From an uncultured delta proteobacterium (GTDB lineage Bacteria; Desulfobacterota; Binatia; Binatales; Binataceae), in the NCBI GenBank assembly GCA_963808235.1, contig CAWEEQ010000004.1, positions 1,056,001 to 1,120,000 of the forward strand: 64,000 nt of DNA, in the 5' to 3' direction. The position numbers and the translations under genes are program-made. Shown piece by piece: positions 39,583-48,678 of the stretch. The stretch's first letter is position 1, and each line of letters starts with the position of its first letter. The notes under the pieces were generated by a model. That model did no database searches. It worked only from the letters and a program-made list of their open reading frames with translations, and was not told where the DNA came from.

Positions 39583-40353
39583 TCAGTAAGCCGCGCTCTT
39601 GCGCGCCGATTCAATCAGCCGCTGGATCTCTTCTTCGGTGAATCCCGCCAGCATCCGCGCCTCTTTCGCAATCGACACGACTTGTCCGTCGTCGTTCTCG
39701 ATATCTTCCTGCGCGCGCCGTCCGCCGCGGAAGTTGAAGACCGAATCGACCATCTCCTGGAACTCTTGCGCTTTTTTGAGCCGCTCGGGGTCGCCCTCGG
39801 TCAACTTGCGCATCCACTTCGAGCCCATCCGGACGTGAGTGATCTCGTCTGCGAGTACGTAATCCACCGAGCGCTCGATCACTTCGTCGCCGTTGCGCTG
39901 CGCGATCCGAATCAGCTGATCGAAGACGTCGCACGCAAGTCCCTCGAGTCCGCGATTTATTCCGGCGACTCGCGCCGCGGGATCCATCGCCTGGGTGCAT
40001 CGCCACAAAATTTCCGTCTCGACGTAGTCGCCCGGATGCCCTCCCATGTACTCGACCAGGCGCTGGAAAATCTCGCTGTGGCGCGCTTCGTCCCATACCT
40101 GGCGCGCCATGTCGAGCTGGAATTCCCACGGCGCGTCGGGAAAATCGAACAGCGTGCGTCCGGCCGCCTCCATCGCCTGCAACTCGCCGGTGTAAATCCC
40201 ATGCAGGCGCGAGCGCAGCGTTTCCTCGTCGAAGGGCAGGGGACGTCCACCGTCGAGTCCCTGCTCTTCGCGGATTTCGCGGACTTGGCGGCTGCGCATC
40301 ACGACCCAATTGTCGGGCCGCGCGAGGCGATCAACTGGAATGCACTTCTGCAT
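39583..40353 (-). CDS. Ferritin-like diiron protein (DUF455-like)
   Basis: GELQAME / DEARH / GLEGLA / DEITH four-helix ligand set. Confidence 0.8.
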   Translation of the reverse strand: MQKCIPVDRLARPDNWVVMRSRQVREIREEQGLDGGRPLPFDEETLRSRLHGIYTGELQAMEAAGRTLFDFPDAPWEFQLDMARQVWDEARHSEIFQRLVEYMGGHPGDYVETEILWRCTQAMDPAARVAGINRGLEGLACDVFDQLIRIAQRNGDEVIERSVDYVLADEITHVRMGSKWMRKLTEGDPERLKKAQEFQEMVDSVFNFRGGRRAQEDIENDDGQVVSIAKEARMLAGFTEEEIQRLIESARKSAAY

Positions 40354-40378
40354 AATTCATTTCCTCTGATTCGACGCT

Positions 40379-41179
40379 CTAGTATGCCGAGCTTTTGCCG
40401 AAGCCTTTGACGAGCCGGTCGATCTCTTCTTCGGTGAAGCCCGCGAGCAGACGCGCCTCGCGCGCAATCGTGATACCCGAGTCGATTTCGATTTCCTTAT
40501 CGCCGACGCGCTGCTTGATTTGCCCGGCCTGCTCGACAAAGGTGCGGCCGCCGCCGAAGTTGAAAAGATCGTCGATGCTGTTCTGGAAGTCCTGCGCCTT
40601 TTTGAAACGCTCGGGGTCGCCTTCGGTGAGCTGGCGCATCCATTTCGAGCCCATCCGCACGTGCGTGATTTCGTCGGCCAGCACGTAATCCACCGAGCGT
40701 TCGATAATCGGATCGCCCATCTTCTGCGCAAGCCGGATCAGCTGCTCGAAGACGTCGCACGCGAGCCCTTCGAGTCCGCGATTTATTCCCGCCACTCGCG
40801 CCGCCGGATCCTCGGCCTGCGTGCAAGACCACAATACTTCGCCCTCGGGAAATTCGCCGTAGTAGGACCCGACGTATTCGAGCAGCTTCAAATAAATCTC
40901 CGCGTGGCGCGATTCGTCCCACACCTGGCGCGCCATGTCGAGCTGGAATTCCCACGGTGCGTCGGGAAAATCGTAGAGCGTGCGCCCGGCCGCTTCCATC
41001 GCCTGGAACTCGCCGGCGCAGATTCCGTGCAGGCGCGATTTCAGGAAATCCTCCTCGTACGGCATCGCGTTGGCTGCCGCGAGTCCCTGTTCGGTGCGTG
41101 CGTTTCGCAATCGCTGCGCCGGCAGCAGAACGTGGTCCTCGGGCCGCGCGAGTTTGTCGACGGAAATCATTCGCTGCAT
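40379..41179 (-). CDS. Ferritin-like diiron protein (DUF455-like), close paralog of 39583-40353
   Basis: GEFQAME / DESRH / GLEGLA / DEITH; long identical blocks shared with its neighbour. Confidence 0.8.
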   Translation of the reverse strand: MQRMISVDKLARPEDHVLLPAQRLRNARTEQGLAAANAMPYEEDFLKSRLHGICAGEFQAMEAAGRTLYDFPDAPWEFQLDMARQVWDESRHAEIYLKLLEYVGSYYGEFPEGEVLWSCTQAEDPAARVAGINRGLEGLACDVFEQLIRLAQKMGDPIIERSVDYVLADEITHVRMGSKWMRQLTEGDPERFKKAQDFQNSIDDLFNFGGGRTFVEQAGQIKQRVGDKEIEIDSGITIAREARLLAGFTEEEIDRLVKGFGKSSAY

Positions 41180-41194
41180 GATGATGACGCTCCT

Positions 41195-41590
41195 CTACTT
41201 GGTCCAGGCCGATCGCCGGCCGGTCAAATTCAAAACTTCACGCACCGTCCATCTGCCGGCTTCTTCGCCGAGCCGAAATTGAATTGTGAACGGCTCAACG
41301 TCACTGCCGCTTAAGCGCGCCTTCAAAAAATAATGCTTGGCGACGCGTCCGCGCCCGAGCAGCTCGAACTTATCATAGGCGCCCGGCTTGAGCGCACTCG
41401 TGATTCGCGCGATATCCTCGCGCGCTTGCGCAGTCGTCATGCCTTCGACCGCCGCCAGATCGCCGCGCATCATCGCGGTCAGTAGCTGTCCCGCCGCGGC
41501 GAGCATCGCGGCCGGCGGCTCGACTACTTTGCCGATCGGCTGCGGCCCCATCACGTTGCCGCGATCTCCAAGGTCAGGCATTGCCATTCT
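41195..41590 (-). CDS. Small hypothetical protein (NTF2-like pattern); start uncertain
   Basis: Helix-then-strands pattern ending WTVREVLNLTGRRSAW. Confidence 0.6.
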   Translation of the reverse strand, partial: RMAMPDLGDRGNVMGPQPIGKVVEPPAAMLAAAGQLLTAMMRGDLAAVEGMTTAQAREDIARITSALKPGAYDKFELLGRGRVAKHYFLKARLSGSDVEPFTIQFRLGEEAGRWTVREVLNLTGRRSAWTK

Positions 41591-41970
41591 CCGCACGCAC
41601 TTGCGCGGCCGCGGCCGCAAGCGTGGGCACGTCGCTCCACGGCGAGCGCTTGTTGGTCGTGTCCTCGACGCCCGCGATCATCCATGTGCCGCCGGCATCT
41701 TTGCGCCATCGATAGAGCACGCGCCGATGCGCCCCCGTGCCAACGATCCTCAGCTTCGAGATATATTGTCCGCCGATCTTCGCGAGCGCCAGCGTCTCGA
41801 CCGCGAGCGGCTTTTGCAGTCGTGCGATCTCCGCCGCAGCTCTGTCGATACGCATCGATTGCATCGCGATGCGCATATTTCTCGGCCCCGCCGATATCGC
41901 CGTCGGCAATCGCCTTCGCATGCGCCGCGATCGTCTCGCGCAATTCCGTCGTGTCGTAGGGTTGCTTCAT
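41574..41970 (-). CDS. Small hypothetical protein, paralog of 41195-41590, frameshifted near 41850
   Basis: MKQPYDTTEL.. in one frame, continuing AAAEIARL..WMIAGVEDTTNKRSPW in another. Confidence 0.6.
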
Positions 41971-41982
41971 TGGATTCGTAAC

Positions 41983-42609
41983 TTAGCTCCGTCCAACTTT
42001 CCGGCGCGGTTCCGGTGCATCAGTTTCAAAGCCGGTCACTCCGCCCGAAGCGCCGAGCAGACCTTCCAGATGCGATTGCCACTCGGAGGCCCTCCGATGC
42101 TTCTCCTTCGAATCGAGCAACTCCTCCAGCAGCACGTTGCCTCGCTCGACGTGTCCTTTCTCTTCTTCGACCAGCCGCTCCAGGATTCTGAGCGTCGGCG
42201 GCTCGTACACGGGATTCATCGCCGACACGTGAGAGCTGTAATGAGAAATCAGATGCGGCTTCAGCACGCGGTAGATTCCGACCAGCCGCTCGATCGTGTC
42301 CTCCCACTCCTCCTTGTCCTCGATAGCGTTCATGAATGTGACGAACGCTTCGTTAGGCGGCTTGGAGACCTGCGGCTGCGCGCGCAGCTCTGGGAGCCGC
42401 TTTCCGAGCGCGTCGGTATGGAGCGCGTCGTCATACACCTGCTTCGCCATCTCGAGCTTGACCGCGAGTTCCGGCGTCAGCGCGATCCAGCCGGCCATCA
42501 TGCGCATCATCCGTTCTTCGGCGTAGCGGTAATTTTGAATATAGATGACGCTCTGGCGGACGCTGTAAACGCCCTCGAGAGTTCGCCGATCGTATAGTGC
42601 CATGCCCAC
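41983..42609 (-). CDS. Ferritin-like protein with a partial ligand set
   Basis: AEERMM, DDALH and EEKGH motifs at four-helix-bundle spacing. Confidence 0.65.
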   Translation of the reverse strand: MGMALYDRRTLEGVYSVRQSVIYIQNYRYAEERMMRMMAGWIALTPELAVKLEMAKQVYDDALHTDALGKRLPELRAQPQVSKPPNEAFVTFMNAIEDKEEWEDTIERLVGIYRVLKPHLISHYSSHVSAMNPVYEPPTLRILERLVEEEKGHVERGNVLLEELLDSKEKHRRASEWQSHLEGLLGASGGVTGFETDAPEPRRKVGRS

Positions 42610-42645
42610 GACTCCTGCTTTCGATTTCGCGATAGCGCTCGAGTG

Positions 42646-43314
42646 TCAGCGCCCCAATGGCACGGGCGTCCCTGCCCGTGATCCGTTCCCGAAAAAACGT
42701 CCTTCGACGATCGCCGCAATCTCGCGCCAGTAAGTTTCCTTGTCGGTGCCTTTGAGATTGTTCGCGCCCATCGCCCATCCCGCGCACAACATATGAATCG
42801 CATGGACCGCGCTGCGCGCATCTTCAAAATGAATCTCGCCCATTTGCTTTCCGCGCTCGATAATCTCCGCGACCGCGCCCAGGTAGTCGCGGCCGATCTT
42901 CTTCATCGCGGTGCGATACTGCGCGCGGCGCTCCAGGTAGCGCGCCTCATGATGCAACACATTGAACGCCTCGCGGTATTTGTCGATCACGTCCAGGATC
43001 GCGCGCATCACGTCGATAAGCTCGCGACGCGGGTCGCCCGCAGTGCGCGCGCGAATCGCCGGCAGCATCTCGACAAACTCGGCCACCATCGACTCCGCGA
43101 TCAGCGGAATGATCTCGTCCTTGCTGTCGAGATAAAGATAGATCGAACCCGCGGCGAGCCCCGCCTCGAGCGCAAGCTCCTTGACCGAGGCCTCGTGAAA
43201 CGACTTGCGCGCCAGCACCCGGCAAGCAGCCAGAAAAATCTGCCGCCGCCGCGCCTTGACGAGTTTCCCGTCATCCTGCGCGGGCGTCCGTATAGCTTCA
43301 GCAGTTCGCGCCAT
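42646..43314 (-). CDS. TetR/AcrR family regulator
   Basis: SVKELALEAGLAAGSIYLYLDSKDEI helix-turn-helix. Confidence 0.92.
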   Translation of the reverse strand: MARTAEAIRTPAQDDGKLVKARRRQIFLAACRVLARKSFHEASVKELALEAGLAAGSIYLYLDSKDEIIPLIAESMVAEFVEMLPAIRARTAGDPRRELIDVMRAILDVIDKYREAFNVLHHEARYLERRAQYRTAMKKIGRDYLGAVAEIIERGKQMGEIHFEDARSAVHAIHMLCAGWAMGANNLKGTDKETYWREIAAIVEGRFFGNGSRAGTPVPLGR

Positions 43315-43361
43315 CGTAAGTGGTAGAGGCCGATCGCCAAGCGCTCGTCCTCAGTCCCTCA

Positions 43362-43390
43362 AATCTACTGAATGAACGTTCATTTGTCCA
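43362..43390 (-). promoter_or_regulatory. Promoter with palindromic TetR-type operator
   Basis: TGGACA-17nt-TAGATT on the minus strand; the spacer holds the perfect palindrome AATGAACGTTCATT (43371-43384). Confidence 0.7.
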
Positions 43391-43608
43391 GAGGCTTGCC
43401 TCTCCCGCCGGGAGAGGCAAGATTCCCTCTTCACACAACCTTCTAACAGGCGCTCCGCGCCGCATCCTCTTCCTGAATACTGGGTGCAGGGGTCACCCCT
43501 GCCGAAGGAAGTGTGAAACCCACCGCGGGTTTCACATTAAATCAAGTTGTCCCATTCCCTCTCTCCTGCGTTTCTCCCCCGCCGCATCCTTCTTATATGC
43601 TCACCGCT

Positions 43609-44055
43609 ATGCCCGAGAATTTCCAAAAAGAGAGCACTCTCGATCGATTCTTCAACCGCCTGATGGGCCGCCTGCTGCGCCTCGGATTCGCCCCCGGATA
43701 CATGCGACTGCTCGAAGTCCGCGGCAGAAAATCCGGCAAGCTCTTCACCACCCCGGTTAACCTGCTCGAATTCAACGGACGCCGCATCCTCGTCGCCGCT
43801 CGCGGTGAGACCGCATGGGCTCGCAATGCGCGCGCGGCCGGCCGCGTCACTCTCCGCCGCGGCGCCAGTGCTGAATCGCTCACGGTGCGCGAACTCGCCG
43901 ACGCCGACAAGCCCGAAGTCATCAAGGCGTTCCTCGATCGCTTCGCGTCGCAAGTCCAGCGCTTTTTCGAGGTGAAGGCAGGTTCCCCCGCCGCCGATTT
44001 TCGCGCGGTCTGCTCGCGCACTCCGGTATTTGAACTAGTCGCCGACTCCTCCTAA
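43609..44055 (+). CDS. Deazaflavin (F420)-dependent nitroreductase family protein
   Basis: LEVRGRKSGK..TPV, WARNARA, PVFEL. Confidence 0.85.
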   Translation: MPENFQKESTLDRFFNRLMGRLLRLGFAPGYMRLLEVRGRKSGKLFTTPVNLLEFNGRRILVAARGETAWARNARAAGRVTLRRGASAESLTVRELADADKPEVIKAFLDRFASQVQRFFEVKAGSPAADFRAVCSRTPVFELVADSS

Positions 44056-44159
44056 TAGCCTCTCCCTGACAGGGAGAGGTCGCCGCTCGTCTTCGAGCGG
44101 CGGGTGAGGGTCCAAATTCCAAATTCCGCGCAAAGCCCGAAGTCACGAAAAGCTCTCTG

Positions 44160-45464
44160 ATGCCAGAAAACCCCGCGCCCGGCACTTCCGACGATCCCAA
44201 TTACGCGATCGCCGCCGCAAAGCGTGAGCGCGCGACGATGCTCGCGTTACTCGCGATGCTCTTCTACCAGGGCTTCGCTGTCTCCATCGACGCGATCGCC
44301 GCAACCTGGATCGGCAAAAGCTTCAACCTCGACGGCGCCGGAATCGCCCGCCTGTTCGCGTGGATTTCCGTCTCGTCTCTCGGTGCGCTCGCGCTCTCCC
44401 GCATGATCGATCGATTCGGCCGCCGCCGCATGATCCTGTGGTGCATCGCCGCGATGCCGCTATGCAGCCTCGCCTCCGCCGCCGCGACCAACCTGATCGT
44501 CTTCACCTCGTTCCAAATCGCACTCTTCGCGTTCGTCGGCGCCGCCGGCGCGGGATGCATCGTGATGCTCTCCGAGGAACTCCCGATCGCACGCCGCGCA
44601 CAGGGGCAAAGCTTCGGCGGGCTGGCAGCCTCGATAGGAGCCGGAGTCTGCGTATTCCTGATGCCGATCTTCGTCGCCTACGGATGGTCGTGGCGATGGA
44701 TGTTCGTCATCTCCGCTGCGGGAATCGCGATGCTTCCCGCGATGGCCCGCCTGCTGCCCGAGAGCGAGCGATGGGAGCGTTCAGACGCCGCGGGTCACAC
44801 CAGCCGCACGAACTTTTACGACGTCTTTCAGCCGCTTTACCGCAAACGATCGATCACGATGATCCTATGCTCGCTGGCCGCCGCGATCTCGACCACCGCC
44901 GCCAACGCATTCGGCTACTACCACGCGGTTTCGGTGGTAGGCCTGTCAGCAGCAGCTACTAGCACTATGACGATCGTAGCAGGCGGAATAGCCTTGGCAG
45001 GTTTTCCACTAGGCGCATGGACCGCGGAAAGATTCGGCCGCGTGCCGACGGTAGTCAGCTTCGGCATCTTAATCACCGCCGGCCACCTATGGTTCTACTG
45101 GGGACCGCCAACACACTTCGCGTGGCCGCTGATGTGGCTGGCGACCGGCTACTTCTGGTTCAACCTATGCGACAACGGCGCAACGGTAGCGAGTAACGCC
45201 GCCGCCACGGAGCTATTTCCAACCGCACTAAGAGGCACGATGATAGGATGGTTCGCACTGGTAGGTGCCATAGGCGCCATATTATCCAACGCAGCAGTAG
45301 CTATGCTGGCCAACGCGGTGGGCGGTCTATCGATCGTAGTAGGCGCGCTATCTATAGTGGGAATCCCCGCAGCAATCCTGTTCGGCATGGTGATCGAAGA
45401 AACCCGCGGCCTAACCTTAGAGATGGCCTCCAAAGAATCCGAGTTCCACCCCCCAGAACAATAA
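44160..45464 (+). CDS. MFS transporter
   Basis: About 12 TM; DRFGRR, LPES, ERFGR, ELFPTALRG, EETRG. Confidence 0.93.
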   Translation: MPENPAPGTSDDPNYAIAAAKRERATMLALLAMLFYQGFAVSIDAIAATWIGKSFNLDGAGIARLFAWISVSSLGALALSRMIDRFGRRRMILWCIAAMPLCSLASAAATNLIVFTSFQIALFAFVGAAGAGCIVMLSEELPIARRAQGQSFGGLAASIGAGVCVFLMPIFVAYGWSWRWMFVISAAGIAMLPAMARLLPESERWERSDAAGHTSRTNFYDVFQPLYRKRSITMILCSLAAAISTTAANAFGYYHAVSVVGLSAAATSTMTIVAGGIALAGFPLGAWTAERFGRVPTVVSFGILITAGHLWFYWGPPTHFAWPLMWLATGYFWFNLCDNGATVASNAAATELFPTALRGTMIGWFALVGAIGAILSNAAVAMLANAVGGLSIVVGALSIVGIPAAILFGMVIEETRGLTLEMASKESEFHPPEQ

Positions 45465-45499
45465 CGATTTTCGCGTCACTTTGAGAGTTTGTGTCGCTC

Positions 45500-45930
45500 T
45501 GAGTTTGTCGCGTCATTCTGAGTCTTTGTGTCATTCTGGAGTCTTTGTGTCATTCTGAGCAAAGCGAAGAATCCCGGATCTTTCTCAACGTCGATCACCA
45601 CCACACCTAGCGAACGTCAACCGCCACCTCCTAACCGACAACCATAACGCGATTGTTCCCCTTCCCACATGGGAAGGGGATTAGGGGTTGGGTTCCGCGC
45701 CTCGCTCTTTGTGTCATCCCGAGCGTAGCCGAGGGACCCCGAATCTTTCTCGGCTCGGATACGTTCACCTCAGCTTAGGGCTCGCGGAGCCGACTCGCTT
45801 TGAAACTAATTTGAATTGTGTAATCCCGAGCGCAGTCTGCTAAGTCGAGAAAGCAAACTACGATTGTTCCGCTTCTCTCGAGGGAAGGGGTTAGGGGTTA
45901 GGCTCCGCGCCTCGCCCTTCGGGGTGAGGG
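45500..45930. repeat. Mosaic REP-like cluster
   Basis: Tandem GTCATTCTG(G)AGTCTTTGT units, GTCATCCCGAGC units and two GGGAAGGGG(A/T)TAGGGGTT units. Confidence 0.8.
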
Positions 45931-45970
45931 CGCACCCATCCAACTCGATGACGAAAAACCTCACCGCACC

Positions 45971-46534
45971 TCACTCTACACCGCTCGGCGCAGTCGCGGT
46001 CGATGTCGCAGAGGACACAGGGGTTGCGAGGCCTGCCGGAGTGGGGCTCGCCGATGGAACCGGCGTGGACGCGAGAGTCGCCGCCGGCGATGGACTCGCG
46101 GCCTCCGGCGATGGCGTCGGGGTTGGGGTTGCGGACGCCGATGCACTCTGCGGGGTCACGCTCAACAGCGCATCATTCTGGTAGCAGAACCATACCTGCT
46201 TCTTTTCGTTTCTGGTGACGGACTCGGTGGGCGACAGGACGATCTCTGCCAGTCCTATCGTGAAAACATCGGCGGCGAGTTCGGCCACCGCGATTGGCGC
46301 CTTGCCCGCATAGCCGTAGCCGGTGATGTAAAGCAGGTACAAATCGCAGCTCGTGCCGCCGGCGCCGATGCTGGTGGTAACGGGCGTACCCAGCTGATCC
46401 GTGACCGACGCTCGGCTGTCACCGGGATTGAACTTCTGCAGATCGATAGGTGATGGACGCGTCGCCTCCATGTATACGGAGCATCCGGAGAGCACGCACA
46501 AGAGCAGGACGATGTACTTGAGACGCAAACCCAT
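45971..46534 (-). CDS. Hypothetical lipoprotein with Ser/Thr/Pro-rich tail
   Basis: LSGC lipobox after hydrophobic segment. Confidence 0.75.
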   Translation of the reverse strand: MGLRLKYIVLLLCVLSGCSVYMEATRPSPIDLQKFNPGDSRASVTDQLGTPVTTSIGAGGTSCDLYLLYITGYGYAGKAPIAVAELAADVFTIGLAEIVLSPTESVTRNEKKQVWFCYQNDALLSVTPQSASASATPTPTPSPEAASPSPAATLASTPVPSASPTPAGLATPVSSATSTATAPSGVE

Positions 46535-46559
46535 ATCCGCAAAACCCCTCTCTACTGGA

Positions 46560-46853
46560 CTACTGGACACTCAAGTACGGCGGCGCGGCGGAGCCGTCGT
46601 CCGGGACGGTGCCGACGCAAACATAGGAGGGAACATAGCCGAAGCTGAAGATAGTCAGCATGAGCTGCCGGCTGTGCTCCACCATCTTGACGTTCGCATG
46701 CGCGAGCTCATCCAGTCGCGATTGGCATCCGTCGAGACCGTAGGCGGCAGCAGTTACGATCTTCTGATGATTGACCGGATCGTTCCGGACCCCTTCCCAC
46801 GCGCTGCATCCATTCAAACAGAACAGCGCAAGAGACAGGGCTAGCACTCGCAT
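46560..46853 (-). CDS. Small hypothetical lipoprotein
   Basis: MRVLALSLALFCLNGC signal peptide and lipobox. Confidence 0.65.
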   Translation of the reverse strand: MRVLALSLALFCLNGCSAWEGVRNDPVNHQKIVTAAAYGLDGCQSRLDELAHANVKMVEHSRQLMLTIFSFGYVPSYVCVGTVPDDGSAAPPYLSVQ

Positions 46854-47012
46854 GTCCGCAACAGGTTGCCACGGCGATAAACCCAAGACAACACCCGCGC
46901 CCGCGCTTCCGCACGAACACACTACGATTGTTCCCCTTCCCTCAAGGGAAAGGGAAGTATAACGAACTTGACACCAGCCCGCCAACGCGCAATAGTTCGC
47001 CGCTAAGGGGAA

Positions 47013-47459
47013 GTGTATAGTCCTGAGAAGGACGATGCACGAATTGCTCAAAAAGTGCCTACGCAGAAGTACGCCGCGCAGCTGGCCGGTGTTAAGAATT
47101 GTCCGCCCAACACCGCGCGGCCCATTCAACGACGCGCGTTCCGTTGGGTCTCCAATCCGATCGATGACTGGAGCTTTAGCACGCCGGCGCGGCGCTTTCC
47201 CGACCGATTTCCAAGCCCGTGCTGTGCTCCGCACGCACTGTCCATGTTCGAGTCCGCAGATCAGGCCCGAGCCGAATATGCAAGACAGCGCGAGAAGAAT
47301 AAAAAGATCGGCGAAGAGTTGGGAAGTCACTTAGCCGAAGTGTCGCTCACAGTCGCTGACGGCGTTCAAACAAAATCGAACGCTAGAGGTCACTTCGCTA
47401 TCCATGAGTATGCGGGCGTTAACCTGAAGACGGCAGCTGTGCTGATAGGGCCATTGTGA
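47013..47459 (+). CDS. Hypothetical cargo protein
   Basis: CPP..FRW..F..CC..LSMF..GHF pattern; 4-nt overlap with the next gene. Confidence 0.65.
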   Translation: MYSPEKDDARIAQKVPTQKYAAQLAGVKNCPPNTARPIQRRAFRWVSNPIDDWSFSTPARRFPDRFPSPCCAPHALSMFESADQARAEYARQREKNKKIGEELGSHLAEVSLTVADGVQTKSNARGHFAIHEYAGVNLKTAAVLIGPL

Positions 47460-48454
47460 TCGACCTTCGAGAAATTCCCGAAGCCAGAGATGTAGGGGCG
47501 CTGCCCGTGACTTTGGTGCATGTGCGCAACTTGGAAGAGTTTGATGGCCCAAGGCTTGTCCAGTTCAAAAGTTCTCTCGGCGACACTTTTCTGTATCATT
47601 GGTGCGATTTCGACAGGGATCATCGAATGTCTAGATGGATGGTGCTACGCACGCCGCCTCAGAACATAGCTCGGTATCTCGTCAAGGCAATCACACTCAG
47701 AGACCTCATCATCAACTGTCAAGATGGGTTCGTGTATTTAATCGATGTAGATGCGGAGAACCGCACACGTGGCACATTCTTCTTGGGCACGGCCAGTTTG
47801 CCTGATGACTATGTTCCGACCGAGAGATCATACTATGACGCAGAAGCAGAATTATCCACGGAAGCTGAGCAACAGGACATCTTCATAAACGACGATCTAG
47901 CTGTCCAGAAAGTATGGGAAATTCGGCGGAAATACTCTCAGACCTACAATTTTCTTGCCTTGTTTGGTCCTAATGGGCGACCTCAAGAATTACCTAATGA
48001 GAAAATCAGATATAAGATGAAAGGCGGTTGGGTGCGGCATACTCTGTTTTCGGTGTTGGCCAGCTACGTAAAAACAGAAATGCGAGTGTCGTTGGCCGAA
48101 GTTGCAGCAGCTTCTCCTGGGTACGTGCGCTTTCGCGTCCAACCACGGATAGCTTCGGACCTGCGCGATGCTATCACGGACTATCGGAAACCGGACACAC
48201 GTAGGCAGAGTGAACGAACAGCCGAACTACTCAAGGAGTGGCTCAGAGAGAACGAAAAAGGAATGAGCGCGACGTCAGCTCGCAGGCTGTTCCATGAACT
48301 GTGTGCTCCATTCGGGATAAAAAGTGAAAGTTTGCTCGATCACGCAGACATGGACGTAGCGATTAACACGGTGACTGGTTACTTTAATCGGTTAGCCTAT
48401 TTCGACTCCGAAGAGACCGAGCAATCCAGTATGCTTGTAGGTCTGAAGCGCTAG
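47456..48454 (+). CDS. Cargo protein with DUF6575-like N-terminal domain
   Basis: EFDGPRLVQF..FLYHWCD..RWMV..ITLRDL..LPDDYVP; lower GC. Confidence 0.65.
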   Translation: MIDLREIPEARDVGALPVTLVHVRNLEEFDGPRLVQFKSSLGDTFLYHWCDFDRDHRMSRWMVLRTPPQNIARYLVKAITLRDLIINCQDGFVYLIDVDAENRTRGTFFLGTASLPDDYVPTERSYYDAEAELSTEAEQQDIFINDDLAVQKVWEIRRKYSQTYNFLALFGPNGRPQELPNEKIRYKMKGGWVRHTLFSVLASYVKTEMRVSLAEVAAASPGYVRFRVQPRIASDLRDAITDYRKPDTRRQSERTAELLKEWLRENEKGMSATSARRLFHELCAPFGIKSESLLDHADMDVAINTVTGYFNRLAYFDSEETEQSSMLVGLKR

Positions 48455-48591
48455 CGCTTCTTTCGGCGCTTCGCACGCTTCTTTCGTTTTGCTGGATTGA
48501 CCGGCGGAGTCTTGAGCATCCGCGTCAGCACTTCCTCGAAGCTCAGAGGATGCGTAACGACCGGCTTGTCATCTTCTTCTTTTTTTGGCAT
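48451..48591 (-). CDS. 46-aa basic protein downstream of the transposase
   Basis: Manual translation MPKKEEDDKPVVTHPLSFEEVLTRMLKTPPVNPAKRKKRAKRRKKR; GAGG upstream. Confidence 0.55.
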   Translation of the reverse strand: MPKKEEDDKPVVTHPLSFEEVLTRMLKTPPVNPAKRKKRAKRRKKR

Positions 48592-48678
48592 TCAACCACC
48601 TCTGCCGCCGCATAAATCCAAACTCCAATTGTTTCGGACTGGACGCATGATGCAGAAGCGCCCGCCAGTTCGGACGCC

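Noticed and set aside
39583-41179. Ferritin-like paralogues as an assembly duplication or DGR template/target
   Set aside because: They diverge at synonymous sites and at both termini with both frames intact, and no reverse transcriptase is present.
46854-47330. N-terminal extension of the 256-aa minus-strand ORF
   Set aside because: It crosses the transposon end and a repeat, antisense to a cargo gene; the real start is likely 46853.
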